DNA of 64,000 nucleotides from Octopus sinensis (GCF_006345805.1 NC_043010.1:22940001-23004000); one strand, 5' to 3'; counted from the stretch's first letter, positions 13,214 through 27,624 are shown. Translations and numbers: made by a program. The notes: generated from the letters alone by a model not told the origin.

Positions 13214-13540
13214 TATTATTATTATTATTATCATTATTATTATCATTATTATTATTATTATTATTTCTTTCTTTCTTTGATGTCGTCAACTCTAAGAATT
13301 CCAGTAAATCTAAACATCTGCTCCCGATACGCGGAGATGGATCAAAAAGTGGATTAGACTTTATCTGTATTTTGCTTTTACGTTTTGGTGACCTGTTATC
13401 GAAAGAATATTCAACGAGGGGAAAACAATAGCTTCCTCTAAAAGAAAGCAAAAGAGAATTGACTCGTGTGTCTTAGTACCTTTTGCTTACAGGGAGATTT
13501 TTCTCCATGGTACACCGTAGCGTAATTGCTACTTTACTGG

Positions 13541-13628
<88 letters not shown>

Positions 13629-13629
13629 A

Positions 13630-13661
<32 letters not shown>

Positions 13662-13849
13662 TTATCTATCTGTCTATCAATTTGTCTGTCTGTCTGTCTA
13701 CCTTTCTGTACGTATGAATTACACTTATCTTATATTTATATGTTCACTTTCTGTATTACATAGTTGTTTATCTCTTGTTTGTTAATTTTTGTCATGTTTG
13801 GTCCCTTGTTTGTTGGCTCGCTATTTCCCTGGGGTTTCTGGCCTCCGTC

Positions 13850-14007
13850 ACCACCAGCATTGAAGGCGCGAAATTGCACCCACTGCACTCTCGGAGTGGT
13901 CGGTGTTAGGAAGGGCGTCCAACAGTAGAAACCTGGCTTGCCAGTCATCATTCAAACCGTCCAATCCATGCCAGCATGGACAGTGGATATTAAACGACGA
14001 CGACGAC

Positions 14008-14045
<38 letters not shown>

Positions 14046-14052
14046 CGACGAC

Positions 14053-14095
<43 letters not shown>

Positions 14096-14177
14096 GTGAT
14101 GATGACGATGATGATGACGATGATGACGATGATGATGACAATGATGATAATGATGATGATGATGATGATGATGATGT

Positions 14178-14223
<46 letters not shown>

Positions 14224-14255
14224 GGTGGTGGTGGTGATGATGATGATGATGATGA
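13850..14255 (+). mobile_element. retroposon (SINE/RTE-like) 3' end with expanded (GAT)n tail
   Basis: ...gttaggaagggcgtccaacagtagaaac...aaccgtccaatccatgccagcatgga...ttaaacgacgacgatgatgat, followed by ~260 bp of (GAT)/(GGT). Confidence 0.5.
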
Positions 14256-15034
14256 AGATAACTGTTCACAGATATGGATTAAAGTTCTTTTAGGTTCCAT
14301 GCTGTGCGTGCTCTGTGAGAACTGAAGCGGTATTATCAAGAACTTTCCATTTGACCCCTAGACACACTCCAGCCGGGCGAAGACTTTGGGCTCCAGACCT
14401 TAAAACCCATCTTCTAATCCGGCTCGGATCCATCCATTAATTAAAGGTTTGTCACTCAACTGACCGGGGCCGCACAGACAAAACATTATACTTTTGTTCC
14501 AAATTGCAGGTGACATAAAAGAAATGATACTTACTTCGCGTGTAATCATTACAAGTTAGAACATCGAACTTATCTTTCACTGTTAAGACACCCTCTGCAG
14601 TTGGAATCAATAATTCTAATAAAATCAGATAAAGATCGATTATTAAGAAATTTATCTTTTAAATATGGTTTTCTTCTTTCTTCACATACCTGCTCCCCAT
14701 TTTCTGAGCGTCGTTTTGTTTTTGTATTTTAGCGCTAAATTTCATTTGTCTGTGTTTATTTAACTATTTTTGATATTGGAATATTTAATATTTGATAATG
14801 TACTTATAGAGTACATTCCTTTTACGGAATAGAAATAATATATATATATATATGCGTGCCAAAATAATCAATAGAACACGTAACGTTTGATTTTAAATGA
14901 CGGTGAGCGAGCAGAAGTATTAGGGAATGGCCGAATATGATTTGCTATACGTACATACGTACATGCATACATGCATACACACGTGCGTACATACATAGTA
15001 TATATAGACATATATATGTATATCTATATCTATC

Positions 15035-15152
<118 letters not shown>

Positions 15153-15344
15153 ATATATATGCACATGTACATATATGTTATAATATGTTTATTATAGTAT
15201 ATATATATATAATATATCTATATATATAATATTATATAATATACATACATACATAGGGACTGAACAATAGAACTGAACCCAAGACAACATGGTTGAGAAG
15301 CAAACTTCTTAACCACACAGCTACACCTGTGACAATCTAATTTT

Positions 15345-15578
15345 ATAATATTTATTTCTTCATCGCCTACGTGGGGAGGGGGTTAAATAGAGGGGACAAA
15401 CAAGGACAGACAAAGGGATTAAGTCGATTAGATCAACCCCAGTACGTAACTGGTACTCCGAAAGAATGAAAGGCAAAGTCGACCTCGGCGGAATTTGAAC
15501 TCAGAACGTAACGACATAGGAAATACCCCTAAGCATTTCGCCCGGCGTGCTAATGATTCTGCCAGCTCGCTGCCTTTC
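15345..15578 (-). mobile_element. SINE family M
   Basis: Reverse complement ggcagcgagctggcagaatcattagcacgccgggcgaaatgctt...gagttcaaattccgccgaggtcgactttgcctttcatt. Confidence 0.7.
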
Positions 15579-15674
15579 TAATATGATAATATTAAAAAGA
15601 AATCTGCCGCCAGCGTGTGTATGTCTGTATGTGTGTGTGTGTGTGTATGTGTGCGTGTGCGTGTGTGTGTGCGG

Positions 15675-15820
15675 TATGAAGCTTGTTTCATAACCACATA
15701 GTTTCGGGTTCAGTCCTGCAGCGTGGCACATTGGGCAAGTGTCTTCCAGTATAGCCTCGGGCCGACCAAAGCCGTGTGAGTGGGTTTGGTAGACGGAAAC
15801 TGAAAGAAGCCCGTCGTATA
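15675..15820 (+). mobile_element. SINE family A, 5' half
   Basis: cgggttcagtcctgcagcgtggcacattgggcaagtg...ggaaactgaaagaagcccgtcg. Confidence 0.7.
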
Positions 15821-15827
15821 TATATAC

Positions 15828-15870
<43 letters not shown>

Positions 15871-17080
15871 TTTGTGGTTTATTACTTGGAGTAAGCTTCA
15901 ATAAACTCCCAGCAGTTTAGCAATCAGCACTTATTGCTTATCTTGTAAAATATATTAAAGCTTGTGGTAGAGAAGGAAGAAAATTCGATCGTTTTTTTCT
16001 TTCTTGTTTCTTGTTTTCTTTTTCTTTTTCTGATAAAGTAGTGACAGGTCTTCTGTGACAGGCGGCTTATAATTCTATTGATTAAGAATAGTGAAACCAA
16101 GCAAGATGAAATCCGTCCGCCCATCTACCTGTCAAAATATTCACTCACCTAAATCTAATGCCTTGATACTGTGCAAAATGATTATTTTGAGAGCATTTAT
16201 ATGACAGAATAAGTATTGATTAATAAACCCAGAGTTCCTCATTTTCGTAATTTTCTATTTTCCCTTTTTATTTTTTATTTTTTGTTATTTTAGCTTATCT
16301 TTATATTTACTTCGCATTCAATGCTGCTCTTGCGAAATATTCCTTAAGTAAATAAACATCCTTATCACGAAATATTGAAGACTAGGAAAAAAGAAGAAAA
16401 AAGGAAAACGAGGAAGAGATACAACCGATTCTCACAAACAATTTACGTATCTACAACGAAAGACTCCCATTTGATTTTGTTTTAATGCATTTACTTGTTC
16501 AACACATACATATACACACATATATACATACACTTCTCACAATAAGACAGTGTCCATATTGGGGCAGCTTTTTCTTGCGTTTTGTCAATCATATCAACCT
16601 TCTCAGAATTTGTTCCAATTTGCTATTATTGTTAACAATATCTATGCATCAAGCTGCTAGGTTATGGACTCAAACATGCTCGACGAAAATAACAGCGACT
16701 TTTTAGATTAGTGTAAACATAAACTTCGATTTTGTATTTGATTTGGCAGCTTTTCCTATGTGAAATCGTGTGGAGTAAACCTGGAGGGCATGTCATTGAT
16801 GAGATGGCGATTGACGAAGAAATGATTCTGACTGTCGTAGCTGGTTGATTTATTGACGGAACAATTAATTAACGATCGGTTAGACAATTAGGTAAATGGT
16901 TAAGCTAGCTGAAAATTGATAGAACCAATGCGAGTTTATCATTGGCGTATTGACCCTCCCAAGATATAACACAAACTGTTGTGCAAGATAAGTATTATGG
17001 TCACCACAGGAAACAGCTGTGATCGTAGGCATTGTCACCTTCACCACCACCAACAACGACAACATCAATAACAACAGCAT

Positions 17081-17200
17081 GGAGGCGCAATGGCCCAGTG
17101 GTTAGGGCGGCGGACTCGCGGTCGTAAGAACGCGGTTTCGATTTCCAGACGGGCATTGTGAGTGTTTATTGAGCAAAACACCTAAGCTCCACGAGGATCC
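17081..17200 (+). mobile_element. tRNA-derived SINE family B head
   Basis: ggaggcgcaatggcccagtggttagggcggcggactcgcggtcgt (A box TGGCCCAGTGG); same head as 34650. Confidence 0.65.
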
Positions 17201-18347
17201 TTCTTCCTACTTCTGGCACAAAGCAGAGGAACCATGGTGTAACCCACTATGGTGTGATAAACTTTCAGACCCTAGTCTAGATTGCGAATCATCTGTACCC
17301 CAGGATGGTTCAGCTTTCCACTCGTTAAAAGCCAGCGTTTACGGAATGAGGATAACAACGTAGCTTTCGTGCCCGTGCAACCGCCAGTCTATCGTGTGTG
17401 GTGGGTGGATCTTCAAGTTACCACACGCATTCTTAGTGGCTTAGAGTAGGCTGGAATTAGAGATTATTCTTTGTGGCTAATGGCGTGAGTCCTGACTGGA
17501 AGAAGACAACAGCTGCAACAAAATCAATGATGACGACGACAACAGCAACAACGATAATAGTAACACTGTAACAACAGCAATAACAAATACCACCATCACC
17601 ATCAACAACAACAACAACATTAACAATAGCAAAAATGACTGCAGTCTATTTCTTGACCCAGTAAATGAGATTCTATCTGCTCGATTAAACCTGCGAGAAA
17701 TAGCAACCAAATTTCCCCCCAAATCAAACTCTCTATATAAACCATTAAAAAAAACAAAAAGTGGGATGGACGCATCGTATAATGGTAGTGATGGATATAC
17801 AAAACGTTGGGATGGTCATGGCTAGAACGCGTTTGATCAGAGGTCAGACTTGAAGCTACAGAAACATTATCAACAACAACAAAACAACAACAACAACTAG
17901 TTCTATATCTTCATCCTCGAACCCAACGCATACCTACACCGATGACTCACCCCTTTCGTGTGTCCGTAATGCAATTCTATAGGGAACCATTAAAACATCG
18001 TTTCCCATAGAATTCCTTCGAGGATACACTTCGTATCTAAGATTAGCGAGATTTTGTTCCCGTTTGTCCCTCATTTATTTATTTATTTATTTATTCATTC
18101 ATTCATTTATTTTTGCACTCTATCACTCATAGGAGAAAATATCTGTTGCGATGGCATCACTGATTTCAGATTAGTTCTGAGAGGCGTTAACATTGAGATA
18201 ATGGTGTCTTAGTGCATTGTGGCTGTTGGAGTTGTTCTACGGTTTTAATTGAGAACCTCAGCCCACACCCCCACGATAAAAAGATGTTCAATCCTTGACT
18301 ATTCTGCCCTGGTCTTTTTTTTTCTTTTTCCTCCTTTAAGACATATA

Positions 18348-18512
18348 TAGGCACAGGCGTGGACACGTGGTAAGAAGCTGATCACCAACTACAGGGTCTC
18401 GAGTTCAGTCCCATTCCGTGGCACCTTGGGCAAGTGCTATCTACTATAGCCTCGGGTTCACCAAAGACTTGTGAATGGATTTCGGTGGATGGAAACTTTA
18501 AGAAGCCCGTCG

Positions 18513-18515
<3 letters not shown>
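18348..18515 (+). mobile_element. SINE family A, 5' half
   Basis: aggcacaggcgtggacacgtggtaagaagct...gagttcagtcccattccgtggcaccttgggcaagtg. Confidence 0.7.
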
Positions 18516-18571
<56 letters not shown>

Positions 18572-18666
18572 TTATATACATATATATATATTATATTTTA
18601 TATACATATATATACATATATACAATAGATATATAGATGTAAATATACTTATATATATATGTATAT

Positions 18667-18727
<61 letters not shown>

Positions 18728-18778
18728 CATTATATATACTTATATATATATATATATATATATATATACTTATATATA

Positions 18779-18831
<53 letters not shown>

Positions 18832-19734
18832 GTATATATATATATAATTGAAAGTTACATAAAATCAAAAGACGAAGACAGGTGTATGAACAACAAGCCA
18901 CTAAGGGACTTGCTCAACTGGTTATGGTCAAGCAACTGACAAGCAAATCTGTGGTATCGAGCAGAATATTTGCTGTAGTCCACCTTTTATTCCAAGCCAA
19001 AACAATATGCATGGTAACATTTCCAATTAGTTAAGATCAGAAGACATGAGTGCTCACAAGTGAACACGGAATGAGACTAGTTTTGATCCAAATTATTCCA
19101 GGTGAGACTTTTCCGACATTTTTCTATGTGTCACTGCCTACTTTTCTAAGTTGTCGTTTGGAGGTTGTTTTGGCTGCTATTACCAGCACATCGAGGGACC
19201 ATGTAGAAATGTTCCCGTCGGCTCATGTTTATTATATATTATAGCAGTGGGTTATTCTTGCATCTCACCTCCAAACGACCGCCTCATCTCATCCTCCCAA
19301 AGCACCATCACTCCACTTCTAGGGGAGACACCGAATCGAGTATGACTCATAAACATAATCGATGGTGGTGCTGGCTGGTGCTGTTATTGTGGTGGTGGCC
19401 ATGGCAGTGGTATTGATAACGGTGACAGAGGTGGTGCTGGTGGTGGTGGTTGTGGTGGTGGTAGTGGTGGTGATAATGGTGGTTGTCATGCAGTTCCGAC
19501 CGTCAGCAAGATTCCTTAAAATTAATGGTCGCTGCTTTTAGCAATGAAACATTGAAACTTGCTAAATACAGTAGTGAAACGCCCTCAAATTCCATCAACC
19601 GTGAGACAGTTTGAAGGATAGAAGCGGATTACATTAGATAAATATTAGTCCCTGACTTGTAAAATGTCAGTACGGTCACGTGACTGAAACGCCTCTTGAT
19701 CAATATGTTCACTGGTTCAAAACCTGCCTGTGGT

Positions 19735-20167
19735 TCGGAGTGGCTGCGTGTTAAGTAGCTTGCTTATCAACCACATAGTTCCTGGTTTAGTCCCACTGCG
19801 TGGCACCGTGGGCAAATGTCTTCTACTATAGCCTCGGGCCGACCAAAGCCTTATGAGTGGATTTGGTAGACGGAAACTGAAAGAAGCCTGTCATATATAT
19901 GTGTACGCGTGTGTGTATGTATGTGCGCGTGCGCGTGTCTCTCTGTGTGTGTGCATGTTTGTGTGTCTGCGTTTGTCCCTCCAAAGTTGCTTGACAAACG
20001 ATGCTGGTGTGTTTATGTCCCCGTAACTTAGCGGTTCGGCAAAAGAGTCCGATAGAATAAGTAGTAGGCTTACAAAGAATAAGTCCTGGGGTCGATTTGT
20101 TTGACTAAAGGTGGTGCTCCAGCACGGCCGCAGTCAAATGACTGAAACGGATAAAAGAATAAAAGAA
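19735..20167 (+). mobile_element. SINE family A, full length
   Basis: Head ggagtggctgcgtgttaagtagcttgc, internal microsatellite, tail ggtgctccagcacggccgcagtcaaatgactgaaac. Confidence 0.85.
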
Positions 20168-20224
20168 ACCGTCCAACCACATCAACAACAACCACAACAA
20201 CGACACAGCTACAAAAAAAACAAC

Positions 20225-20324
20225 NNNNNNNNNNNNNNNNNNNNNNNNNNNNNNNNNNNNNNNNNNNNNNNNNNNNNNNNNNNNNNNNNNNNNNNNNNNN
20301 NNNNNNNNNNNNNNNNNNNNNNNN
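20225..20324. other. assembly gap (100 N)
   Basis: Run of 100 n. Confidence 0.99.
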
Positions 20325-21349
20325 AGATTATGAGTGCGTGGTGTATGTATATATATTTGTGTGTATGCATATATATATATGATCCGGTTCTTGACTGAAG
20401 ACTGAGGGTTCGAATGTCCCTGTCCATGTTTATTGTATCGTCTTCTAGGAGTTATACGTTCTTGTCCATGTTGTATTTTTCTACATACCTTAATATATTA
20501 TAATATATATATATATATATTCTATATATATACATATAAAGTAAATAAATGGTACAACGAAATAGATATTTACTGGAAAATAGCGATCGTAATAAATACG
20601 ACGTTATTGTATAGCTTCACTGCGTATATACTAGCAAAGACGCATGTGTGCAACAAACATGAAAAAAATTTGTCTTACCTCTAGGAAGAACATCTGAAAA
20701 ATGAAAAACCTAGAAACGGATAATGCAGGACCGGTTTCAGACTCTTCAAATATATATATAAACACAGAAGATGCATTTTGAAGCATCTCGTTTAACGAAC
20801 AAATAATGAAATTGCCAGTCACAATTTAGCGTATTTAACTCTGTATTGGTGTGTGCCTTTTTGGACGTTACTGTCGGGCGATAAGACTTTAACTTCCGCT
20901 TGGATATACATGATTCAGGTAAAAATTACTGCATGAGAAACGCCATTAGCGAAGCATCATTTTTCCTGCGTAGTAACTAGACTGACTGACGACTAGAGGT
21001 AACAGTAATAATATATATGCATGCACACACACACACACACACACACAACACACACACACACACACACACGCACACACACACACACACGCACACGCACACA
21101 CGCACACACACACGCACACACACACACAAATACACATAGTTAGAATTTACAAAAAATACAAAAAACAAAACACGAAGGTGGGTATGTAAACAACAAACAA
21201 ATGTATTAGTTTAACGCTCAGGAAGTGAAAATGTATTTTACGTTTCTGGCCTACGCTCTTCAACAGAAAGGAACAGAGAAATAAGCAGAGAGAGAAAATT
21301 AAACGAAAGGTTTAGTGGCTAGCGATCAATCATGGCGAATAAACCTGGC

Positions 21350-21655
21350 TTTCAATCGGTTACAACGATGAGGGTTCCAAATGATCCAATTAATAGAACG
21401 ATCTTAACTCGTGAGATTAACGCGCTGAGATTAACGCCACATACACGTGTATCCTTAACAATACTCGGGGAGATTCAGTGTGACACAGAATGTGACAAGG
21501 CTGGCCCGGTCTTTTGAAACATACCTACAACGCATTTTTGCCAGCAAAGTTGACTTGAGCAACGTGAAATAAAGGACTTTGCTGAAGGATGCAATGAGCC
21601 GCCGGGAATCTAACTCCTGTCTGTACGATACTGAGCCGAATGCCCTAATAGCTGA
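21350..21655 (-). mobile_element. diverged tRNA-SINE (head like 5560-5885, tail like family B)
   Basis: gggagattcagtgtgacacagaatgtgacaaggctggccc shared with 46915-46955; gagcaacgtgaaataaag shared with about 5771. Confidence 0.55.
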
Positions 21656-21779
21656 TTTACGTGCATTCACTACACCTTCATATCAGAGGTCTGATGCATG
21701 AAACAACAACAACAACAACGAATGAGTTAAACCAACAGGCGTGGCATCTATGTAATGGCATCGACCGAAGAAATGGCTG

Positions 21780-22185
21780 CCGAATATTCTTCAAATCTGA
21801 CTTCCATGTATATCTGTGTTCTGTTCCTCTTCGCAGCACTTTGAGCAAAAAGCTTTCACTATAACACTGGGTCGAGCAAAACATTGTGAGTGAATTTAGT
21901 AAGTGGAAACTGAAGGAAGCCCTTTGTTTATGGGCATGTTTATATTTCTCTGTGTGTGTGTGTGTCTTTGTGTCTGTATTTGTCCCCCACCACTGCTTGA
22001 AAACCGGCATTGGTGTGGTTACGTCTCACAAACTTAACGGTTCGGCAAAAGAGACCAAGATAGAATACGTACAAGGCTTAAAGCAAGAAAGTAATTTGAT
22101 TCATTCATACGAATAAGAAATTCTTCAAGGCAGTGCTCCAGCATGGCCGCAGTCTGATGAGTGAAGCAACTAAAAGATAAAAGAT
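21780..22185 (+). mobile_element. SINE family A, diverged
   Basis: ggaaactgaaggaagccc...ggcagtgctccagcatggccgcagtc. A partial second copy follows at 22215-22325. Confidence 0.65.
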
Positions 22186-23071
22186 ATATATGTGTGTGCA
22201 TGTGTGTGTGTGTGCCTCACAACCACTTGAAAATCGGCGTTGGTTTGTTTACGTTTCCGTAACCTAGTGGTCCGGCAAAAAGAGTCCGATAAAACACATA
22301 CCAGGCTTAAAAAGAAGTATTGGTGCCAGTGTGGTTAATTCTGTTGCTGTTGATGCCAACGTTGGATGTTCTAATTAGAGTAAACCTATGTTCGATGATT
22401 TTCCTTCCATGTCTATACCATTGTATTTCTATTTTAACGACTTCAATGTCCAATGTGTTCTTCATTTTTTAAGACGGTGGAACAAGATTAGAGAAAGATT
22501 TGACGGCTAATTTTTGACAGTCTATTACAAAACATAAAATTTTCCATTTTATATAAAAATAGAATAGATGCATCTCAGTGGTGACAAATGCTTTTCTTCT
22601 ATAGTTACTAAACGCATGTTTGTGTTGATAAAATGCTGTTTTAAAATAATTGGCCATTAATTCTATGTAGGAATTTATTAAATGTGTGTTTATCGTGCCA
22701 CGTTAAGCTAATTGTCTAGCCTCGCAATTTCCTTCGAGAAACTAATTATCGGTGTTTGAACAATTATAGTTAGGTGTATTAAGGAGAAAATGTTGTTTTT
22801 TTTTTTATTTTGATAGATTAGAGTTCAATTGTGTAAAATTATTAAGAGATCTTAATATCATTCTGATTGAATAGTTTATATTTGTAGTTAAAAGGGAATG
22901 TTAGAAGTGCTTGAAAAATATATTAGTTATGAATACCGCAAGTTGAATTTGATTATATCAAACTGCTTATCTGACGTTTAATCAATGCTAGATTAGAACT
23001 AATATTTTGTCGAAGTTATTGCACGTAACCGCTTCATTATGATAAGAGGGTATATTTTTGAAATCTTGTTC

Positions 23072-23230
23072 AAGCGTGGCTCTGTGCTAATAAGTTTGCT
23101 TCCCAAACACATAGTTCCAGGTTCAGTCCCACTACGTGGCACCTTCTGCAAGTATCTTCTACTTTAGCCTCAAGTCAACCAAAGCCTTGTGAGTGGATTT
23201 GGTAGACGGAAACTGAAAGAAGCCCGTCGC
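23072..23230 (+). mobile_element. SINE family A, 5' half
   Basis: ggttcagtcccactacgtggcacc...ggaaactgaaagaagcccgtcg. Confidence 0.7.
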
Positions 23231-23448
23231 ATATATATATGGAACTATGGTTAAATATCCGACATGACTCCCATCTCTTTCTTACACCGATGCCAAATAT
23301 GAATGTCCTAGATCAAATTTTTCTGCTATATTTCTTAATTAAGTTCCTTGTATTATAGTTTCTTTCCTTCTAGCACTGAAGCGTACGTTGATGTTTAATT
23401 AATTTTATTCAATCATGAATTTATATTATTATTATTATTATTATTATT

Positions 23449-23974
23449 GAGTGAGAGAGCAGTGCATGCCATCAAAGTGACACTGGGGTAAAATATACGA
23501 AGCCCAATATACCCATCATGACTACCCGTCTGATAAGGGTACACCAGGCACATGCATCACAACCATGTGAGCGCGACATGGTGATCTCATATCAAGATAA
23601 ACAGCACATGACCTTGCAGGTTGAGTAGCCCATCCCGCTCAAAAGGTCCCTGAATAAGGGTTGTTTAAGGATGTTGAAAGAACCACCCATGTTTCCAGAG
23701 GTGAATTATTCAAACCCCAAAGAATCGCTCTCAACACATGGCTATGATGCTCCCCCACTACTTCTGCTCGTGATCAGAGATGCACATATCGTCAGCCACT
23801 AAGGGACATGCTCAACTGGTTAGGTCAAACAACTGACAAGCAAATCTGTGGTATTGAGCAGAATATTTGCTGTAGCCCATCTTTTATACCAAGACAAAAC
23901 AATGTACATATACACTTCCAATCAGTTAAGATCAGAAGCCATAAGAGCCACTGGCTGGTACTGCATCAGGGCAT
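23449..23974 (-). mobile_element. ~555-bp (TAA)n-embedded element, copy 2 (small internal deletion)
   Basis: Matches 12600-13156 but lacks the ggggcccagttagaattttcttc segment; flanked by (ATT)n. Confidence 0.8.
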
Positions 23975-24081
23975 TTATTATTATTATATTATTATTATTT
24001 TTATTATTATTATTATTATAATTATCATCATCATCATCATCATCATCATTATTATTTTTATTATTATTAATATTATTATTA

Positions 24082-24150
<69 letters not shown>

Positions 24151-24436
24151 CTATGTACGAAACGATCGTCTGCACGAATTAAACTTCTTATAAATTTTAA
24201 CAACTTATCTCCGCCATTTTTAATAAAATTGATGGGATTTATGGACTTTCATTCCATAAACTCACCACACATTATATACAAGTACTACTTTCATATCTTA
24301 GCAATTTTACGCCTGTAAACTCCCAGCAAAGTATGAAGAATCAACATTAGAAATCTTTTGGGAAACCTCCAATTAAAGGACGAACCCACAGTCCACCTTT
24401 ATACACCTATATATGTAATGTATGTATGTATGTATG

Positions 24437-24486
<50 letters not shown>

Positions 24487-24563
24487 TGTATAAAGGTTGA
24501 ATGTGGATTCGTCCTTTATTGGAGGTTTCCCCATATATCTACACACACACACACACACCACAC

Positions 24564-24595
<32 letters not shown>

Positions 24596-24624
24596 AGATG
24601 CATATGTATATATAGATATTTGTG

Positions 24625-24812
24625 TGTGTGTTTTTGTGTCTTTGCTTGCTTCCTAACCATCGCTCGACAACCGATATTGGTGTGTTTACGTTTCCGTATC
24701 TTAACAATTTGGAAAAAGAGACTTTGGGGTTGACTTGTTCGACTAAAAGGCGGTGCTTCAGCATGGCTGCAGTTAAATGACTGAAACAGATAAAAAAAAT
24801 AAAAGAATAAGA
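24625..24812 (+). mobile_element. SINE family A, 3' half
   Basis: cgactaaaaggcggtgcttcagcatggctgcagttaaatgactgaaaca. Confidence 0.65.
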
Positions 24813-24870
24813 AGATGAATAAAAAATAATTTTTAGCTAAATACTTTTATCTCTCTATTCCTTTTATCTG

Positions 24871-25225
24871 TCTCTATATAAAATTCTTTGTCCTTAAGTA
24901 CGACATAGTAAATGACATTTTATACCACGAGGACGACGACGACGACGACACGCTTTGTGTATGAGTGTGTGTATGTGTGAGTGTATGTGAGAGTGTATGT
25001 GAGAGTGTATGTGTGTGTCAGTGGATGCGTGATTGTCAATTACACTGATGTAAACTGGCTATGTTAAAGATCTACACTGGCTCCAGCTAATGAAATGGAA
25101 ACTCAATTATGAACTTCTTCAAATGTTAACAGTTATATCAGAAATAACTTTACATTTGATAGTTATTGTTTACCAATCAGAATAAGACTAGCAGTAACTC
25201 AGGCAACGCCGGGTAATTCAGCTAG
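24871..25225 (+). mobile_element. possible non-autonomous Helitron
   Basis: 3' end actcaggcaacgccgggt (hairpin) then aattcagCTAG|t; candidate 5' TCtctatataaaa. The 5' boundary is uncertain. Confidence 0.35.
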
Positions 25226-26544
25226 TCTCTTATATAATAGATCTCATTCCATTCGTTATATATTTAGCAAAATTTAACATGAGATCATCTTTGTCAATTT
25301 CTTTTCAGTATTTATTATTTATTCATTTCTTACTTCGGGTTTATCATCTGTCACCGACCTCACCAATCCTTAATCTTAAGTCTTCGGTTTTTCTCAGTAC
25401 AGTTTGAAAAGCCTCCAGAGGAGAAACTTTGAAGTCACTGTCAGACTTAAAAAATAAGCATATAAATGTACGCACAATCTCATGTAGTTATATATACGTG
25501 TATGTGATATAAATGTATACATATGTATATGTACGTGTGTATGTATATGTATATATATATATATATATATGTATGTGTATATAAATATATGTGTGTATAT
25601 AAATATATATGTATATATATCTACATACACATGTATATATGTATATATAATATTTATATATATATGTAAATATATATATATATATATGTATGTGTATGTA
25701 TGTATATATACATGAGCGTGTGCGTGGGAGAGAGACAGAGAGAGAGAGAGAATAAGAAAGATACTATGAGATATATTATTCACATTGTCGCATAAGTATC
25801 TATATATATATATATGCACATATATATTTACATATATATATAGATACATATATATGTATATATATATATGCATACATAATGTGAATAATATGTACTTATC
25901 TATATTTATCGAACAAAACAGATAACCAGATAGCTAGATAACTATTCCTCTCTCTCTCTCTCTTTTCCTCTCTCTCTTTCTCTAAATATATACACACACT
26001 CAGTCATACGAACATATCCAAAAGAAGCACGTCTGTTTGCTGTCGTTAACCGTCATATGTTCGCAACCAGGCATAAGTGTGTGTGCGTGTGTGTGTATGT
26101 TTGCGTGAATTTTCATGTGTGTGTGAAAATGTGTGTGTGTGTGTTTGTGTAGGTGTGTGTTTGTGAAGGATTAAAAACAGACGCTTATGTCTACATACAT
26201 AAATCCCAGCATCAAATGCAACTTTATCTTCGCCATAAACTCCTGCACCCAGTCACCGTAAACATTGCAATGTCACAGGATAAACCTGATAGCATTGTTG
26301 ATATTAGCAGCAGATTAAATCACAACTTTACGACCAGATACAGTAAGAATAGTAGGGTCTCACCTATCATATACATACATACACACACACACACACATTA
26401 TATAATTATATATATATGTATGTATATATATATATGTATATATATGTATATATATATATATATGTATATATATGTATATATATATATATATATATATGTG
26501 TATATATATGTATATATATATTTATAGTGTGTGTGTATATATAC

Positions 26545-26603
<59 letters not shown>

Positions 26604-26856
26604 TATATAAATATATACATATATATAGATATGCAGGTGTTTTTCTATCTATCCATCTATATCTATGTAACTTTATAAATGTATACTTAAATGTAGAAAC
26701 ACAGACAAATATACATATACACAAGCACGCACATAAACACAGACACACGCACACAAACATATATATAGTTAGTGTTTATGATAATGATGATACAGAGGAT
26801 AATGATGATGATGGCGACGACGACGATGACGATGATGATGGTCGTTATACTTCGAA

Positions 26857-26914
<58 letters not shown>

Positions 26915-26936
26915 CACACACACATACACACACATG

Positions 26937-27022
<86 letters not shown>

Positions 27023-27468
27023 TAGAGGTATTGCATTCACTGCCCTCAATAAACTGTTAAACAGAGAGTGACACAGAAAAGAATTTCGGTTAATTTTTTT
27101 AAAACAGACCCCCACCAAAAACCCAAAAAAAATGCAGAAGAAAGAAGCAAAAAATAAAGAGAAAACGTAAAAGGAAAGAAAAGGGAAGAAAAGAAATGTA
27201 AACGGTAGTAGAGGAGAGTAAAAAGAGAAAAAGAAGAAAAACAGGAAGAGGAACAAGAAGACGGAGAAGAAGAAAAGTCGAGAAACAGTTGTAAGGTAAA
27301 CATTGAAGTGTTGTGTGTTTCATCATTGGCGAGTTTTGTAAACATTCGGAGCGGATGTTGTAAGTAAGATGGCCTCCATGGGATAAGTAAATAATATTAT
27401 TCAGCCATTAGGTGAAATAACAACCACAACACGAACAACAATAGCAATGATAATACTACTACTACTAC

Positions 27469-27502
<34 letters not shown>

Positions 27503-27522
27503 CATAATAATAGTAAGTGTAA

Positions 27523-27569
<47 letters not shown>

Positions 27570-27624
27570 ATGAGGAGGAGGGGTGGAGGAAAAGGAAGAG
27601 GAGGAGGGGGATGGTGATGATGAT

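Noticed and set aside
13903-14325. Poly-Asp acidic protein-like ORF
   Set aside because: Expanded (GAT)n tail of a retroposon.
20720-20800. GAAACCGGTC HHR-like motif on the minus strand
   Set aside because: No intact CUGANGA box or stem I; too decayed to call.
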